A DNA stretch of 63,995 nucleotides, the filler included, from Octopus bimaculoides (Eukaryota), in assembly GCF_001194135.2 (NCBI RefSeq). It is 9 parts of 9 records of this genome, joined end to end, with 100 filler letters (N's around TTAATTAATTAA, not from the genome) between each part and the next. Parts side by side here need not be neighbours in the genome. Positions count along the whole stretch, not along the records: positions 1 to 28,591 come from NC_068988.1; 8 more parts are not named here. One strand, 5' to 3'. Position 1 is the first letter of the stretch. Every line of letters starts with the position of its first letter. Below, piece by piece: positions 12,811 through 26,520 of the stretch. Position numbers and translations under genes: made by a program. Under the pieces are notes generated by a model, which saw only the letters and a list, made by a program, of their open reading frames with translations, was not told the origin of the DNA and made no database searches.

Positions 12811-13927
12811 AACAACAACAACAACAACAGCAAGTTGAAGAATGACGAAGGGAAGAAAATGAGCAAGCTGTTATAAATCTGTGATTTTACCACTTTTGTG
12901 CACTTTCAACAGAAACTTCTCCGTTATGTAATTGAATAAATATTTCTATATATTGGTGAATTCATTTAATTTGTACTCCTATTTATTTAAACTTTTTTTT
13001 TCTTCATTGTATTCATATCTCTCTTGTTGACAAGCTTGTACACTTTTTCACGTACAATATGCATTCTGATCAGTATACATTAATTGCCGTTACGACTTTG
13101 TCAGAATATTGGCGTCAATTTTGGCCACTAGTTATACAAACCAGCCTGTAAGGTTACGCTGTTGACAGTCGAATGATATATTGCCCGAAAATTCCCTGAT
13201 TAATTTTCAGATGTAGAATGTCCTCGTATGGAAAGAGTTACGGTAATATGACCACACAAATTCATCACCTGCATTCACCAATTTTGTAACTTTGGCATGC
13301 GATTATTTCATTGGTTGTAATTCCAAACATCTCCTCTCCTTTTTGAGAAGCTTTGTTTTCTAAAATAAATCTCGCTTTCGATATACTTATATTTTCAAAT
13401 GCATTTATCTTCATGACTTGATCTGATCTTATCAACGAAAGATCGGATATCGCCTGATGAAAGGAAGTGGTTATGCAATGATGTAAATTTTTTTACCTGT
13501 ATGTAAAAGGTATTGTTGAATAAATGGCGACATAACTGAAACGTGTAGCGATATTAAACTGCCATTTCTTGTTACATTCGTATTTGATTATAGCAATAAA
13601 ATGTAGCTATGAAATAGTTGCAACTTATGTCATAATACCTTGTAACTATTTCACTTCTACATAAATCAATTTAAGCCATGTTCAGTTTCATTATACAACT
13701 GATATATTTCACAAGGACTACTCTGTTGACAAGAAGATTAAGTGGAGATATTTATGTACACACACACACACACACACATATATATAGTAGAAAAACAGAT
13801 TAGAGATCTATACAAATCAAATTTTTATATGTAAAAGATGGAGGTGGAAATAGCACAGAAGTAAGGCTAAGACATTTCAATTAAAGAGGAAATTTAATAA
13901 AAATGATTTTAAAAATCATATAAGGAA

Positions 13928-13968
13928 AATATTACCGGTTTTGATGTATCTAATCTTATCGAATATCG
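13928..13968 (-). ncRNA. Decayed hammerhead-like motif in the 3' pLTR
   Basis: Reverse complement GATAT-TCGATAA-GAT(TAGATAC)ATC-AAA-ACCGGT-A-ATATT; stem I of 5 bp but core U4 and G12 are mutated. Confidence 0.4.
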
Positions 13969-14196
13969 GTCAACATTTATAAAATTTAGCGTAAAAAACA
14001 GTTTACCTGCTGTCTGAAGGTCAAGAACATGTCTGAAGATTTTTCGTTGAAGTCTTCTTTAAATACAGTTTGGTATAGAGTTCAAAGTGTTAGAGGGGGG
14101 TGTCTATTGTCTAAAAGAAGGCTTTGTGTGTTCTTGCCAGGGGAGTGGCTAAAAAACATTTATTGAATGGGGTTTATGTCCTCCTCTGTGCGTGTG

Positions 14197-14266
<70 letters not shown>

Positions 14267-14627
14267 GTGTGTGTGTGTGTATTGCGTTGAATATCCTTTC
14301 AATATGTTTTGAAAAATGACCAGCTGTGTGTTGATGGGTGTGTATTTTGTGAATAATATCTTGCTGAAGAAAGAATTAGGATTTTTCTTTTGGTTAGCTG
14401 TCTTCTTTTGAGTGTTTCCACTTGTGTGTATGTCTGTGGCCACCAGCTGAGTATATTTGTGCGTAAGTGTATGTGTGGGTGTGTTTATGTTCTTTTGCGA
14501 TGTTTTCTTTTCTTTCTTGTGTATGGTGTGTATGTGTGTGTTTGAGTGTATGTTTGTGCGTACAGAGTCTTGTGTGTTGTGATATTTTCTTTTGCATTTG
14601 TGTGTGAGTTTGTGATGTTTTTGTGTA

Positions 14628-14686
<59 letters not shown>

Positions 14687-16748
14687 ACATATGAATATTG
14701 GAAAAATGATTTAGGAAATGATATATAAAATTGTTTTTAAATGTCTTATGTATTGGTTGTGGTTGGGTCTATATTTAATTGACGTTTATACTTGTTGATA
14801 AATTGTCTTCTTTTAGTCTTTGCTGTTATTTGAAGGAATCAGAGCACTTGTAGAGGGGAAATATTTTGAAATTTGGTAAGACCATTCCTGCACAGGTTGC
14901 ATTGTGACTGCTTACAGGAGTTTTCCTTGTTCTTTTGTCTCGGATCTGTTGGCAATGGGTCATCAACCCGTTGCGTAACGATCCGCCCGTCTGACTTATG
15001 TATTTATGTTGGTAACCATTTCATATGATTACGAAGATCAACCTTTTTGTGTTGCAGATGAGACTAGACTTGACTTTGAAGGTTTGGCCATCTTTGAATT
15101 TAAATTCTGGACCTTCAGTTCCGTAATGGCAAGTGTCCCAGTGGGTTCTGCCTTTTGTTACCTAAGGGTTGGGAGATTTTGTCTGTATTTTGCTCCAGTG
15201 AGAATGACTTGTAGTGTTTCGGGATGCATTTTGCTTTCGATGATCTGTTGTGTATCTAAGATTTTTGTTGTTTTTTCATTCTGAAATAAGATGGGGAGGT
15301 TTCTGTGGATGTGATCAAATATTTCTATGTTCCTAAGATTGAAGGTTGGCACGAATAGTAAGATATTTCTCCTTTTTTTGCTTTTTGTTTTCTTAAGTTC
15401 ATTGATATCCATTTCTTACGCCTTGCTTATTGCATTGGTGATTATGCTAGGAGAGAAGGCTCTTTGGATAAATGTATCCTTCAGTTCCTGTAGTCTTTGT
15501 TCACGTTTGGGTGGTTTCTGATACTATGGTACAAATTCTTTTGCCAGGTTGAAGGGAATATTGAATTTGGTGTGTTTAGGGTGACATGATGTGAAAAGAA
15601 GATACTGTTTGGAGTCGGTGGGTTTGTAGAATATGTCCGTTTATATCTTCCCATGTTGGTTTTTGCTTAGAATATCCAGAAAGGCAAGTTCTTTGGGGTT
15701 AAACTCCGTTGTAAATTGATTGTTATTGCTGAGCTTAACTTGTCAATATTTTCCTGCCATAAAATAAAACAATCACCAAGAGATCTTTTCTTGTTGTTTC
15801 TGAGTTGTATATGGAACGTGTCACCAAATATTAGAAGAGATCGGTGGTAGATTTTTTGTTCGAAGAAGCCCATGATTAAGTTGACATATGTGGGGGTTAC
15901 TTTCGTAACCATCGCCCTTCCTGAATTTTGGCGGTAATCCGAACCGTTGAAGGTAAAAATTTGTTTTCAGATATGACTCTGAGCCTATCGATGATGAATC
16001 CTTTTTCTATCCATGTAGGAAGTTCAGATTGATGAATGTCTAACCAGTATTGGATTGCAGTTATTCCATAATCATGGGGTGTGTTAGTGTATAGGCGGAC
16101 AACATCAAATGACGTAAAAATTGTATGTTTACCGTTTTTGGCAGATAATCTAGCATATCTAGGTCATCTCATATACAGATCTGTATATGTTTTAGGAGGA
16201 TGTCCAAGAGGTTGCTGAGTCTGTGTGTTTCACATGCCGGGCCTGCTATGATTGGTCTCAAATTTAGATCATCTGGAGGTGTTAGTTGTATGTATTTGTT
16301 TGTTGAGGATTTACAGGCATCATTTATTTTTGTGCATTTATGAATTTTAAGTAGAGCATAGAAGTTGCTCGTTTTGCATTTAAATTGGCATAAAGAGTCA
16401 ATGTCTTTGCTGCTTAAGCTTTTGTTATACTTATTTAAAAGAGTCGTGAGGTTTTCCATTATTTTTTATTTTTTGCAGTGGGTAGCTTTCTTATAATAGT
16501 TGTTGTCCTCTAGCATTGTGAGTGCAAAGTCTTTATAGTAATTTGTGTCCAGGTTCATACAAAGATTTCTTTTAGACAATAGACACCCTTCTTTCACTCT
16601 CTAACAATTTGAACTCTATACCAAACTATATTGAGAGATGACTTCTTTCGAAAAATCTCCACACATGCTCTTCACCTCCAGACAGAAGATAAACTGTGTT
16701 TACATAAACTGTTTTTACTTCAACTTTTTATAAATTTTTTACTGATAT

Positions 16749-16778
16749 TTGATAAGATGAAATACACCGAAAACGGTA
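16749..16778 (+). ncRNA. Hammerhead-like motif (U3-A8) in the inverted 5' pLTR
   Basis: TTGATAA-GATG(AAATA)CACC-GAAA-ACGGT-A; homologous to 13928-13968; abuts an N gap. Confidence 0.4.
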
Positions 16779-18772
16779 AANNNNNNNNNNNNNNNNNNNN
16801 NNNNNNNNNNNNNNNNNNNNNNNNNNNNNNNNNNNNNNNNNNNNNNNNNNNNNNNNNNNNNNNNNNNNNNNNNNNNNNNNNNNNNNNNNNNNNNNNNNNN
16901 NNNNNNNNNNNNNNNNNNNNNNNNNNNNNNNNNNNNNNNNNNNNNNNNNNNNNNNNNNNNNNNNNNNNNNNNNNNNNNNNNNNNNNNNNNNNNNNNNNNN
17001 NNNNNNNNNNNNNNNNNNNNNNNNNNNNNNNNNNNNNNNNNNNNNNNNNNNNNNNNNNNNNNNNNNNNNNNNNNNNNNNNNNNNNNNNNNNNNNNNNNNN
17101 NNNNNNNNNNNNNNNNNNNNNNNNNNNNNNNNNNNNNNNNNNNNNNNNNNNNNNNNNNNNNNNNNNNNNNNNNNNNNNNNNNNNNNNNNNNNNNNNNNNN
17201 NNNNNNNNNNNNNNNNNNNNNNNNNNNNNNNNNNNNNNNNNNNNNNNNNNNNNNNNNNNNNNNNNNNNNNNNNNNNNNNNNNNNNNNNNNNNNNNNNNNN
17301 NNNNNNNNNNNNNNNNNNNNNNNNNNNNNNNNNNNNNNNNNNNNNNNNNNNNNNNNNNNNNNNNNNNNNNNNNNNNNNNNNNNNNNNNNNNNNNNNNNNN
17401 NNNATATATATACAGAGAGAGAGAGAGGGGGAGGGAGAGAGAGAGAGAGATGAATATAAATATAAACAACCTATCTCTTTAACCCGGAGTAAATTATGGA
17501 AATCGTGAGGAGAAACAAGATCATGTCGGTTAAATTTCGAAATCACATGATGGGGTTTTAGCAAACTTCTCCATTCAGTGAGTTTATTTCACCGAAGCAA
17601 GAAGTTGTGGCTTGCACCTTTATATATGAATTTTGCTTTTTTCATTTTAATTACTATAGTTACCTATATTATAATGTATTTAATACATCATAATATATTG
17701 ATTTACTATTATAATATCTCATTGTAGTTATATATATATATTTATATGTAATTACCACCCCCCCAAAAAAAAACGAAGAACAAACACAAGAAGAAACAAC
17801 AACGTGAGGACACGGTAGATGCAAAGTATTAGCAGACGCTCGGGGAAGGATTGAAAGGTAGTTTCACATTCGAGCAAAGCTCCTCGTCTGAAACAGGAGA
17901 CGAAGGAAAGTCCAAGGTAAAAGGACGACGGAGGAAAAGAAATCGCCAACGATCCACACACATACACACGTACACATATATAATAATTATGAGAGAGTGA
18001 GTGTGTTGTGTGGAAATAGAACACCCCCATTGGTTGGCTCCTAATGGACTGTGCCACAATGTAAATGGACATATGCAGAGAGCCTTCGGAAAAGAGTAAA
18101 GCCGATAAGATGCGTATTGTCAAAGGTTATTACCTGTATTTTGAGTAGAACGATTTGCGAGGACATTATTATTATCCCGTTATATCGTACGTCAAACGTG
18201 CGATACAGCGGAGAGAGAGAGAGAGAGAAAGATTCTCTCTATCAAATTCATTCACATATTTGGATTCACCTGCAGATCATCAATCAGTTACAAAGCTGAT
18301 GAAGACTTGAGGTCGAAACGCTCGAAACGCGATGCTTAAAAAAGGGAAATTCTAAAATTAATTTTCGGTGTTCAATGCTTATGTGTTTACGAAAACCATC
18401 TACTTCGCTTGAACTTATTTCAAAGATAATGCATAATACACGCACATATATGTATGTTTCTATGAATGTGTGTGTGTATGTGTGTGTGTGTGTGTGTGTG
18501 CGTGTGCGCGCGTGTGTGAATATGTATGTGTGATCTTTTAGGGTGTCTGACTTTGTTTGTGGTGTGTGCGTGTGTATACGTATATGTATGTAAACGTGTT
18601 TCTGAAAATATGTCTGTATACATATGCATGTGCATTTATGAGTTTGCAAGAAAAGTGAGAGCCTATGAGTGTGTACATCTATCTGTATATGTAGGAATAA
18701 ACCACATATTAATTTTGGTTTTCTAAAGTGCAAACAATGAGTAACGATCTTTCCCAAATCATATAAACTCAA

Positions 18773-18990
18773 GGGGCCGGTTTCCCGGTTTCCGTGGCGT
18801 ATATTTTTCCCACCGGGACGAGACGCCGATCCGTCGTGGAATTTCTTATTTTTGCCAGCTCAGTGAACTGAGCAACATGAAACGAAGTGTTTAGTTCAAG
18901 AAAAAAATGTGTCATCCGGTCCAGCAATCGAAACCACAATCTTACGTCCATGAATCTAACAGCCTCACAATTAAGCCGCGCGCCTCCACT
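18773..18990 (-). mobile_element. tRNA-type SINE (family C-like head, different body)
   Basis: ccggtccagcaatcgaaaccacaatcttacg...cacaattaagccgcgcgcctccac is a reverse tRNA-like head similar to the one at 61880-61948. Confidence 0.7.
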
Positions 18991-21232
18991 CTCTCTCTGT
19001 GTTCGAATGGAAAAGAGTTCTGATAGGAATTATATCACTTTTCTTACGGATTCACTCACACGAATTGAAAAGGAAGTTGATTCAAGTCTCATCATTCTAT
19101 TGAAATTATCCATTCATTGATTCTTTGAAGCCATAACTTAACTATACACTATATACTGCTGTAAGCAATTACAATGTTTGAGAGAAACATGCGTATATGA
19201 TAATACAAAAGGATTAAATAAATACTATGTGTAATTCATTAGATGACGCTAAGGTATCATAACATATATTACTGCGATGTGTAAGTAATCTTCCTTCAGT
19301 TTCTATGACGGTGAAGAAATTAGAAATATGAGAATCCTGTTGTGATGCTTGTGATGGAGACACGTATACATTAATGTCGCTTAATTATACTTTACTTAGT
19401 TTTGAAAAACTTAAATGATATTAGAATCGTGTGGCACGTATGAAATTTCCATCAATCCCTTAAAAACAACGGTCAAGATAGAAACAAAACAAAAAGAAAT
19501 TCAATATTTACATGTATGAATATAATATAATATTATATATATATATATNNNNNNNNNNNNNNNNNNNNNNNNNNNNNNNNNNNNNNNNNNNNNNNNNNNN
19601 NNNNNNNNNNNNNNNNNNNNNNNNNNNNNNNNNNNNNNNNNNNNNNNNNNNNNNNNNNNNNNNNNNNNNNNNNNNNNNNNNNNNNNNNNNNNNNNNNNNN
19701 NNNNNNNNNNNNNNNNNNNNNNNNNNNNNNNNNNNNNNNNNNNNNNNNNNNNNNNNNNNNNNNNNNNNNNNNNNNNNNNNNNNNNNNNNNNNNNNNNNNN
19801 NNNNNNNNNNNNNNNNNNNNNNNNNNNNNNNNNNNNNNNNNNNNNNNNNNNNNNNNNNNNNNNNNNNNNNNNNNNNNNNNNNNNNNNNNNNNNNNNNNNN
19901 NNNNNNNNNNNNNNNNNNNNNNNNNNNNNNNNNNNNNNNNNNNNNNNNNNNNNNNNNNNNNNNNNNNNNNNNNNNNNNNNNNNNNNNNNNNNNNNNNNNN
20001 NNNNNNNNNNNNNNNNNNNNNNNNNNNNNNNNNNNNNNNNNNNNNNNNNNNNNNNNNNNNNNNNNNNNNNNNNNNNNNNNNNNNNNNNNNNNNNNNNNNN
20101 NNNNNNNNNNNNNNNNNNNNNNNNNNNNNNNNNNNNNNNNNNNNNNNNNNNNNNNNNNNNNNNNNNNNNNNNNNNNNNNNNNNNNNNNNNNNNNNNNNNN
20201 NNNNNNNNNNNNNNNNNNNNNNNNNNNNNNNNNNNNNNNNNNNNNNNNNNNNNNNNNNNNNNNNNNNNNNNNNNNNNNNNNNNNNNNNNNNNNNNNNNNN
20301 NNNNNNNNNNNNNNNNNNNNNNNNNNNNNNNNNNNNNNNNNNNNNNNNNNNNNNNNNNNNNNNNNNNNNNNNNNNNNNNNNNNNNNNNNNNNNNNNNNNN
20401 NNNNNNNNNNNNNNNNNNNNTATATATATATATATATATGCTCAAAAGTAATCTCTATAATTATTTATTAGTATATTTTCCCTTAACCCAGAGAAAACAT
20501 TGTATGATTAAGATGACAATTTTTTTTGCTTGTGGGTTCCCAGTTGTATAAACAGTGTTCTAACTGTACTGCCATATCGAAAAATGTTAAAGATGAATAA
20601 TTTCATTTCGCCTATGAATTAAGGCGAAACCTACATCTAAATACGGCATAAAACGTATTTAGGAAATTAGTAGATTCTAATGAAAGAAATACATGTTTCG
20701 AATGGCTGCTCTTAGAGACAAGAATATGACTTCATCTTACATTCGTTTATATATAAAAATCAATTTTCCTCGCTTATACGAGACAAATGAGTATAAAACT
20801 TAACAAGCAAACATCGCCTACTTTAACAACCATATGTGACTAAGAACCAATTCCATGCAAATAAAGCTATGAAGGTCTGATTTGAAAGATGGTCATGGAC
20901 TGTAATAATAGGGTAAGTGCTTATTAGATAGGGCTTCCACATTTATGTGCGTATTTATTTATGTGCAACAAAATGATCCTTCTATATTTATTTCACAACT
21001 GATTTGATATTAAACTATGTGTTGAATAGATATTATTGTACTTGTGGAGAGTGATTCTGCCAATAAAAATACACGTATTGGCTGTAGGTCATTTGTTTGT
21101 TAATTCACCAACTAATTAATTAATTATGCAAAGTGACTTACAACCATCGCATATCTTTCTACTAGCAAAATAAATCTACCAAGGCACAACAAAAATAACT
21201 TAAAATAAGACTACACACACACGCACACACAT

Positions 21233-21315
<83 letters not shown>

Positions 21316-22566
21316 AAAAGAAAGACTGATTATCATAGCAATAATATTCATGACTTAAATAAAGCATGCTCTATAGGCCTCCTAGTTAAAACTTTCTGCA
21401 AAGGTGTCTATAACTAACGAACAGTTGTCACGAATCATCGATGAAGTTAGCCAGTGTCTGCCATTAAACGGCAGAAACAACTTCAAAATATACTAATTAA
21501 TTAGCTTTTTTGACATTCATCGCGTGGAAAGATAACTGGGGTGCATGTCTGAGTCAGAAGATCAAGCAGGGTCCGTCATTACACAATCTCTTGAGATCAT
21601 ATTATCATATGTAGTGACTCTTTTTACCTTTGCCTGTCTGAGTCTAGGGTAATAATGTGACCTTATTAGAACTATAAATATTCATTGAGTAGAAAAAATT
21701 GATTATTCTTTTGAAGGTTTTTTTTTTCGGTTTTTAAAACTATACTTACATACTACTGCACTGTACACGTATCTAATGTTAATTTCCTATATATCTATAC
21801 CGTTTTAATACGTTGTCATATCCAATCGTTAATATCTGATCACTTATGTTTTCCATCATTAGAGAACAACTCTCCTCTCTAGGCGATGTGTTCCCAGAAA
21901 GTACTGTGTTTGCTGATTCTTTTCGTCAAGGTCTCGTGCACTTTTGGAATTTATTAGTTGGATTCATCAGGTTTTGGCTGATGAGGTACACAACAATAGG
22001 ATTGATATACCACCGTATATCTAAGCCCCCTTAGACCGGTGAATCGGGTGCTTTGTATACGCACATCGTCTGGAAAGAGGACGAGTTCTCCGATGAAGAA
22101 ATTCAAGTGATCATGTTTTCACGTTCGTACCTTCCAGAACGGCATCGAGAATGAATAAATTTCTTATGGCTTGGATTCTCGCTGTTCTGAGAGCATTCCA
22201 TAAATGATTCATTCGTTTGTTGTACAATGATATAAACTCAACCGAGCATTTCTTTATAGATTATATCTCACTAAATATTTAAGGATAATTAATGCCTTGT
22301 TCAGTATTATAGAATTTAAAAACAAAAACAAAAATCAAAGATAATCAATAATTGCCACCATCCGAACGGCCGACCTGTGATGAATGATATATTCTAACGT
22401 ATTGCTAATTATCTTTGAATTTCTTGTATAAAACTTGTCAAAGTAAGTGATTTATGTAGAGCATAAAATTCTACTGAGTTTAATTTTATACCCTACATCT
22501 TGTATATTCTTTGCATTTGGATATTTTTTCCAGTTCCGTTCATGCAATGCGTTTGAAAGAAAGAAA

Positions 22567-22696
<130 letters not shown>

Positions 22697-22824
22697 AAGA
22701 GATAGAGAGATAGAGAGAGAGAAAGAGAGAGATCGCGACTACTATTAGCGTTTGTTTATGTCCAGTTCTTGGTTGTTATATCTGGTAATAATTGTGTATA
22801 TTATCTTCATTTTTACATCTGCTT

Positions 22825-23015
22825 ATAGGGCAGCGAGCTAAAAGAATTGTTGGCCTGCTTAGCGGCATTTCATCCGGCTTTACTTACAGAGCTAAAATTC
22901 CTCCGAGGTTGACCTTGCCTTTCATTCTTTCGGAGTCGTTAACATAAGCACCAGTCGAGCACTGGGGTTTATGTAATCGAGTAGCCCCAACTCCGAAGCT
23001 TTCAAACCCTATGCT
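22825..23015 (+). mobile_element. SINE family A, diverged
   Basis: gaggttgaccttgcctttcattctttcggagtcg...accagtcgagcactgggg. Confidence 0.75.
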
Positions 23016-25289
23016 TATAGTAGAAAGAATACCTGTATCTTATCATAAGCATATAATGATTATAATTATATACTACGTGAACAGTTTACTGTTAGTGTAA
23101 TCATCATCTACTGTCTTTTGTGCTTATTTTTGCCTAAGCATTCAAGTTTCTGGGATTTGAAATCAGAAAACGAAGACAGGCAACAAATATCATATAACTT
23201 ATTGTCCATCGCTATTGCAGTTTCACTAGTCGAAGCCCCTATATTTGTACTCTTTCATCCTGGGCGGATTTTGAACGCAGAGAGTCGGTATTTACGTATG
23301 CAATGAAAGTAAAAATAAGGTGTGTATTTTATTTTTTGCCAAAGTTTCTTTCTTTCACAGGTGAGCGAAAATAAGTAAACGTAAATATTTCAAGAAGAGA
23401 GAAAATAGATATCATGAAACATTCAGTCAGTAGAGCATTTAAATGTATTTCAATAATTCAATTCCAGAGAATAACTAGATAATTAAGCCTTTCATAAATA
23501 TGCATAATACTGAATGGACGATTGTTTTTGAGTTAATGAAAAGCGTAATGAATATGGATTAATTTTTATTTATACGCCAGGAAAAATGAGCAAAAATTTC
23601 CTGCTGCTGTAATTTGTACAATATGTCGAATTGTGCTTCTTACATTGTTCAAGTTCGGATGTAGTACCCATTCTCGTTTCGAGTTCTTAATTCCGGTATA
23701 TCTCCTTATGATGTAACTGGTCACCTTTTGTATGATGCTCAACTAGTTATGTCAGATGACTCGCTGGTGTGTTACGGACATTTTCTCGATGTTTTGTCTA
23801 TGGAATATTATTTAAGTAAATATAAATATAGAATAATATATATATACCGTGTTCGTAGAATATCTTAAAAATATAAGTTTTTAGTTAAACAATATGAAAT
23901 GATTACTTATTTAACTTGAAATAGACAATCTAAATTTCGATAATTTTACTCACTTAAAAGGCACCTAATATATCACTTAGTTTTCCGAAAATGAGAATAG
24001 AAGTAAAGTTAGCTTTCTAATGCTTTCAAAGTCTTTGTATTTCAATTGAATATATTTTCTGTTAAGGGTAGCATTTCAGGTGGACAAAAAACTTACGTTA
24101 CAAAGTTTGCCTTTTTGCTGTCAGCAAGGCAACAAATATCGAGCAAGTTCATTTTCATTCTATATTGTGCATTTCAAAAATTTCAGACATTTTTTTTCTT
24201 ATCTAAATTTCTTTCGGTATTGGTTTCCTGTTTGATTATGCTTTTCTTTACGTGTAGAAAAAAAAGTTGTGTATTTTTTTTTGTTTTTCTTTATTGTACT
24301 TATCTTCCTACATTGGCTTCATTGAAAATACATTACACAACTAAGAATTTACAATGTAGTAACTTTCTGTTAAGCCCAATCCTCCACTATGTGTGATTTA
24401 GAATAACCTACTTGTTTTGATTGTTGTGTGTTTTAGTGATCTGATTTAATATTGTTTTAATGTATATCGTTTAATGTATCCCATACTCACCTTTATGAAT
24501 ACCGTTTCAAATTGACCAATTTTGTAGGTATGTCTGCATCTGTTTCTTTTTTTTTTTACTATCGGGATGTATCTGGATTTGTGTCTATGCTTGAGAGTTT
24601 GGAATCGGATAATGCGGTTAAAACTTCGTATATATTTATATATGCGAAATTGTATGGGAAGTGTGATATTATTGATTGCATTTTATCTAGAACGTTCAGA
24701 TGTAAATTAATTGGTTTCATGCCCTATTACTGAACTTGAAAACGCCACTGTATTCATGAGCGACGATCATATATTGTATTGATATAATTGGAAGTTTTCT
24801 CCTTAGAAGCGAGACAGAGGTTGATTTGGTTAGGAGACGTTATTGTGAGGAAATTTACTTTCAACTAAAATTCTGTCCCAAATGTACAATCTGTACATTG
24901 CATCTTGTGTATGCGCATTCTCCTCATCACTATCATCGTGATCATCATCCCCACTACCATTACCCCCACCATCATCATCATCATCCTTTTCATTACCATA
25001 ATCATCCTCACCGTCTTTCCGTCAATATCAGTAAAATTTATTCCATGTACACTGTCACGTGTCATAACACCAAAAGTAATTCACATTTTACTAGTTTAGG
25101 TCCTAATATGTAATGGTTTAGCTCTTTACGTCTATTTTTAATCCTGTAAAAAATAGAGTGAGAATGATGTTGGCACTGAAACATATCTGGCTGCTTGCCT
25201 TACATTGTAACATTAAACAATTGAGTTGGAGGCTGAATACACGAGTGAGCCGAGCACTCAAATGTCCTGAGTACCTGCAACAGGTTCAA

Positions 25290-26520
25290 CCAATTTCATA
25301 GTGTCTAATGCCTTCTTGAAATGAAAAAAGACCAAACGCTATTTCTTTTGGACCTGACGCGAGCTAGTAGTACACAATATCTATAGTGCTTCTTCTTCTG
25401 AAGCCATATTGAGTTTCAGGTTGATCTCCCGTGTACTTTTCCCTCTGTATATTAAGCAAAACTCTTTTTAAAGTTTTTCTCGAAGCAAAAAAGTTACTAT
25501 AGACTTTCAAACACGATTCATTGGATCTTTCTTGTCATAGGGATGATGCTAGCTTTTTTCAATCGTACGATGCAACGGCAGTCAACAACATGAATCTAGT
25601 ATCAACTAGCGAAAACATCTCACACGTTTGACGGATCATTTACAGAAACATGCCTAATGTGGCGTTTCACATTCATCAGGGAGTATACTCGACCTTCCCT
25701 GGTGCATTGATTATTTGGTGGAACTGCTCTGCAAAGCGGTAATGTAATTATCAATTCTCCTGGAATGATGTTAATTTTTCAGCTGATCTTAGTTTAGTGG
25801 AACCTTTCTTCTGAGGTCCACGTGCATCCCTTGAATCAGCAGCGACTGTCAGCCCTATCATTTTGTTTCCACCAACCCCACACTAAATTCGTATTGCAGT
25901 TTCATGACGCAATCCCCTCCTGATTTCTCTAAATTTAACAGAGTTGAACTAGTGTCAGGGACCCGGAAAGAAACCTGCTGTACTTGATTGTGATGTTCTA
26001 ACGTAGAATCAATAGCAATATCTTTGAAATCAAACCAGTCTTTATGTCTTCTTGTTTCCAAAGCACTGTTAAGAAAAGTAAAGACAATTTTGCATCCATG
26101 CTTCCTGGCTCTTTCCGTTTTCCCACTATTACAGAGCCCTAACAATATCATTTTGAAGAAAGACTGTTACATTGTTATCCGCTGTTATTTTAAAGGGCAT
26201 GGATATTTTATCTTGTTCCAATGATGGTCTGTGCTACTACTTTTCCCTCTCATCATCTAAGTCATGTGTACACGTCTTCTGTCTTGGTGCCAAGATATGA
26301 TGTAGTTTAGCAAATGCCAGTATTTTAATCACGCATGTATCCAGGTATTTTTTTCTTTCTCCTTGAAGATGTTGATCATGGTGGGGTAAATCAGAAAAAG
26401 ATCTATAACTGAGTTGCAACTCCTTATAAACTGTTTTCCAATAACATCAGGCTTCTCTGTTTCTTGTCCAAAGTGAATATTAAAAATGCTCATTACTATC
26501 GAAGAGGCACAATGTTTATG
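25290..26520 (-). mobile_element. Decayed RTE-clade LINE (endonuclease end, linker, RT start)
   Basis: Remnants KYWHLLNYII..QDRRRVHMT.MMRG; TRRHKDWFD; GPQKKGSTKLRS; PETQYGFRRRSTID; KKALDT; many stops and frameshifts. Confidence 0.75.

Larger units (their letters stand above)
13765..16780 (-). mobile_element. 5'-truncated Penelope-like element (RT plus C-terminal GIY-YIG, Cys-rich Neptune/Naiad-like type) with inverted pLTRs
   Basis: Minus-strand remnants: NFYALLKIHK, RPIIAGP..THRLS.LLDILLK, VTPTYVNLIMG, YISQTGGSLRNG..H.QQIRD, SH..TC...FKIFPLYK; 13932-14117 and 16569-16780 are diverged inverted repeats. Confidence 0.9.

Noticed and set aside
17840-17960. Frame TLGEGLKGSFTFEQSSSSETGDEGKSKVKGRRRKRNRQR with an NLS-like end
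   Set aside because: No polypyrimidine acceptor, no recognisable homology, too short to support.
21925-22130. Short protein-like frames (SRALLEFISWIHQVLADE...)
   Set aside because: Weak splice signals, nearby stops, no recognisable family.
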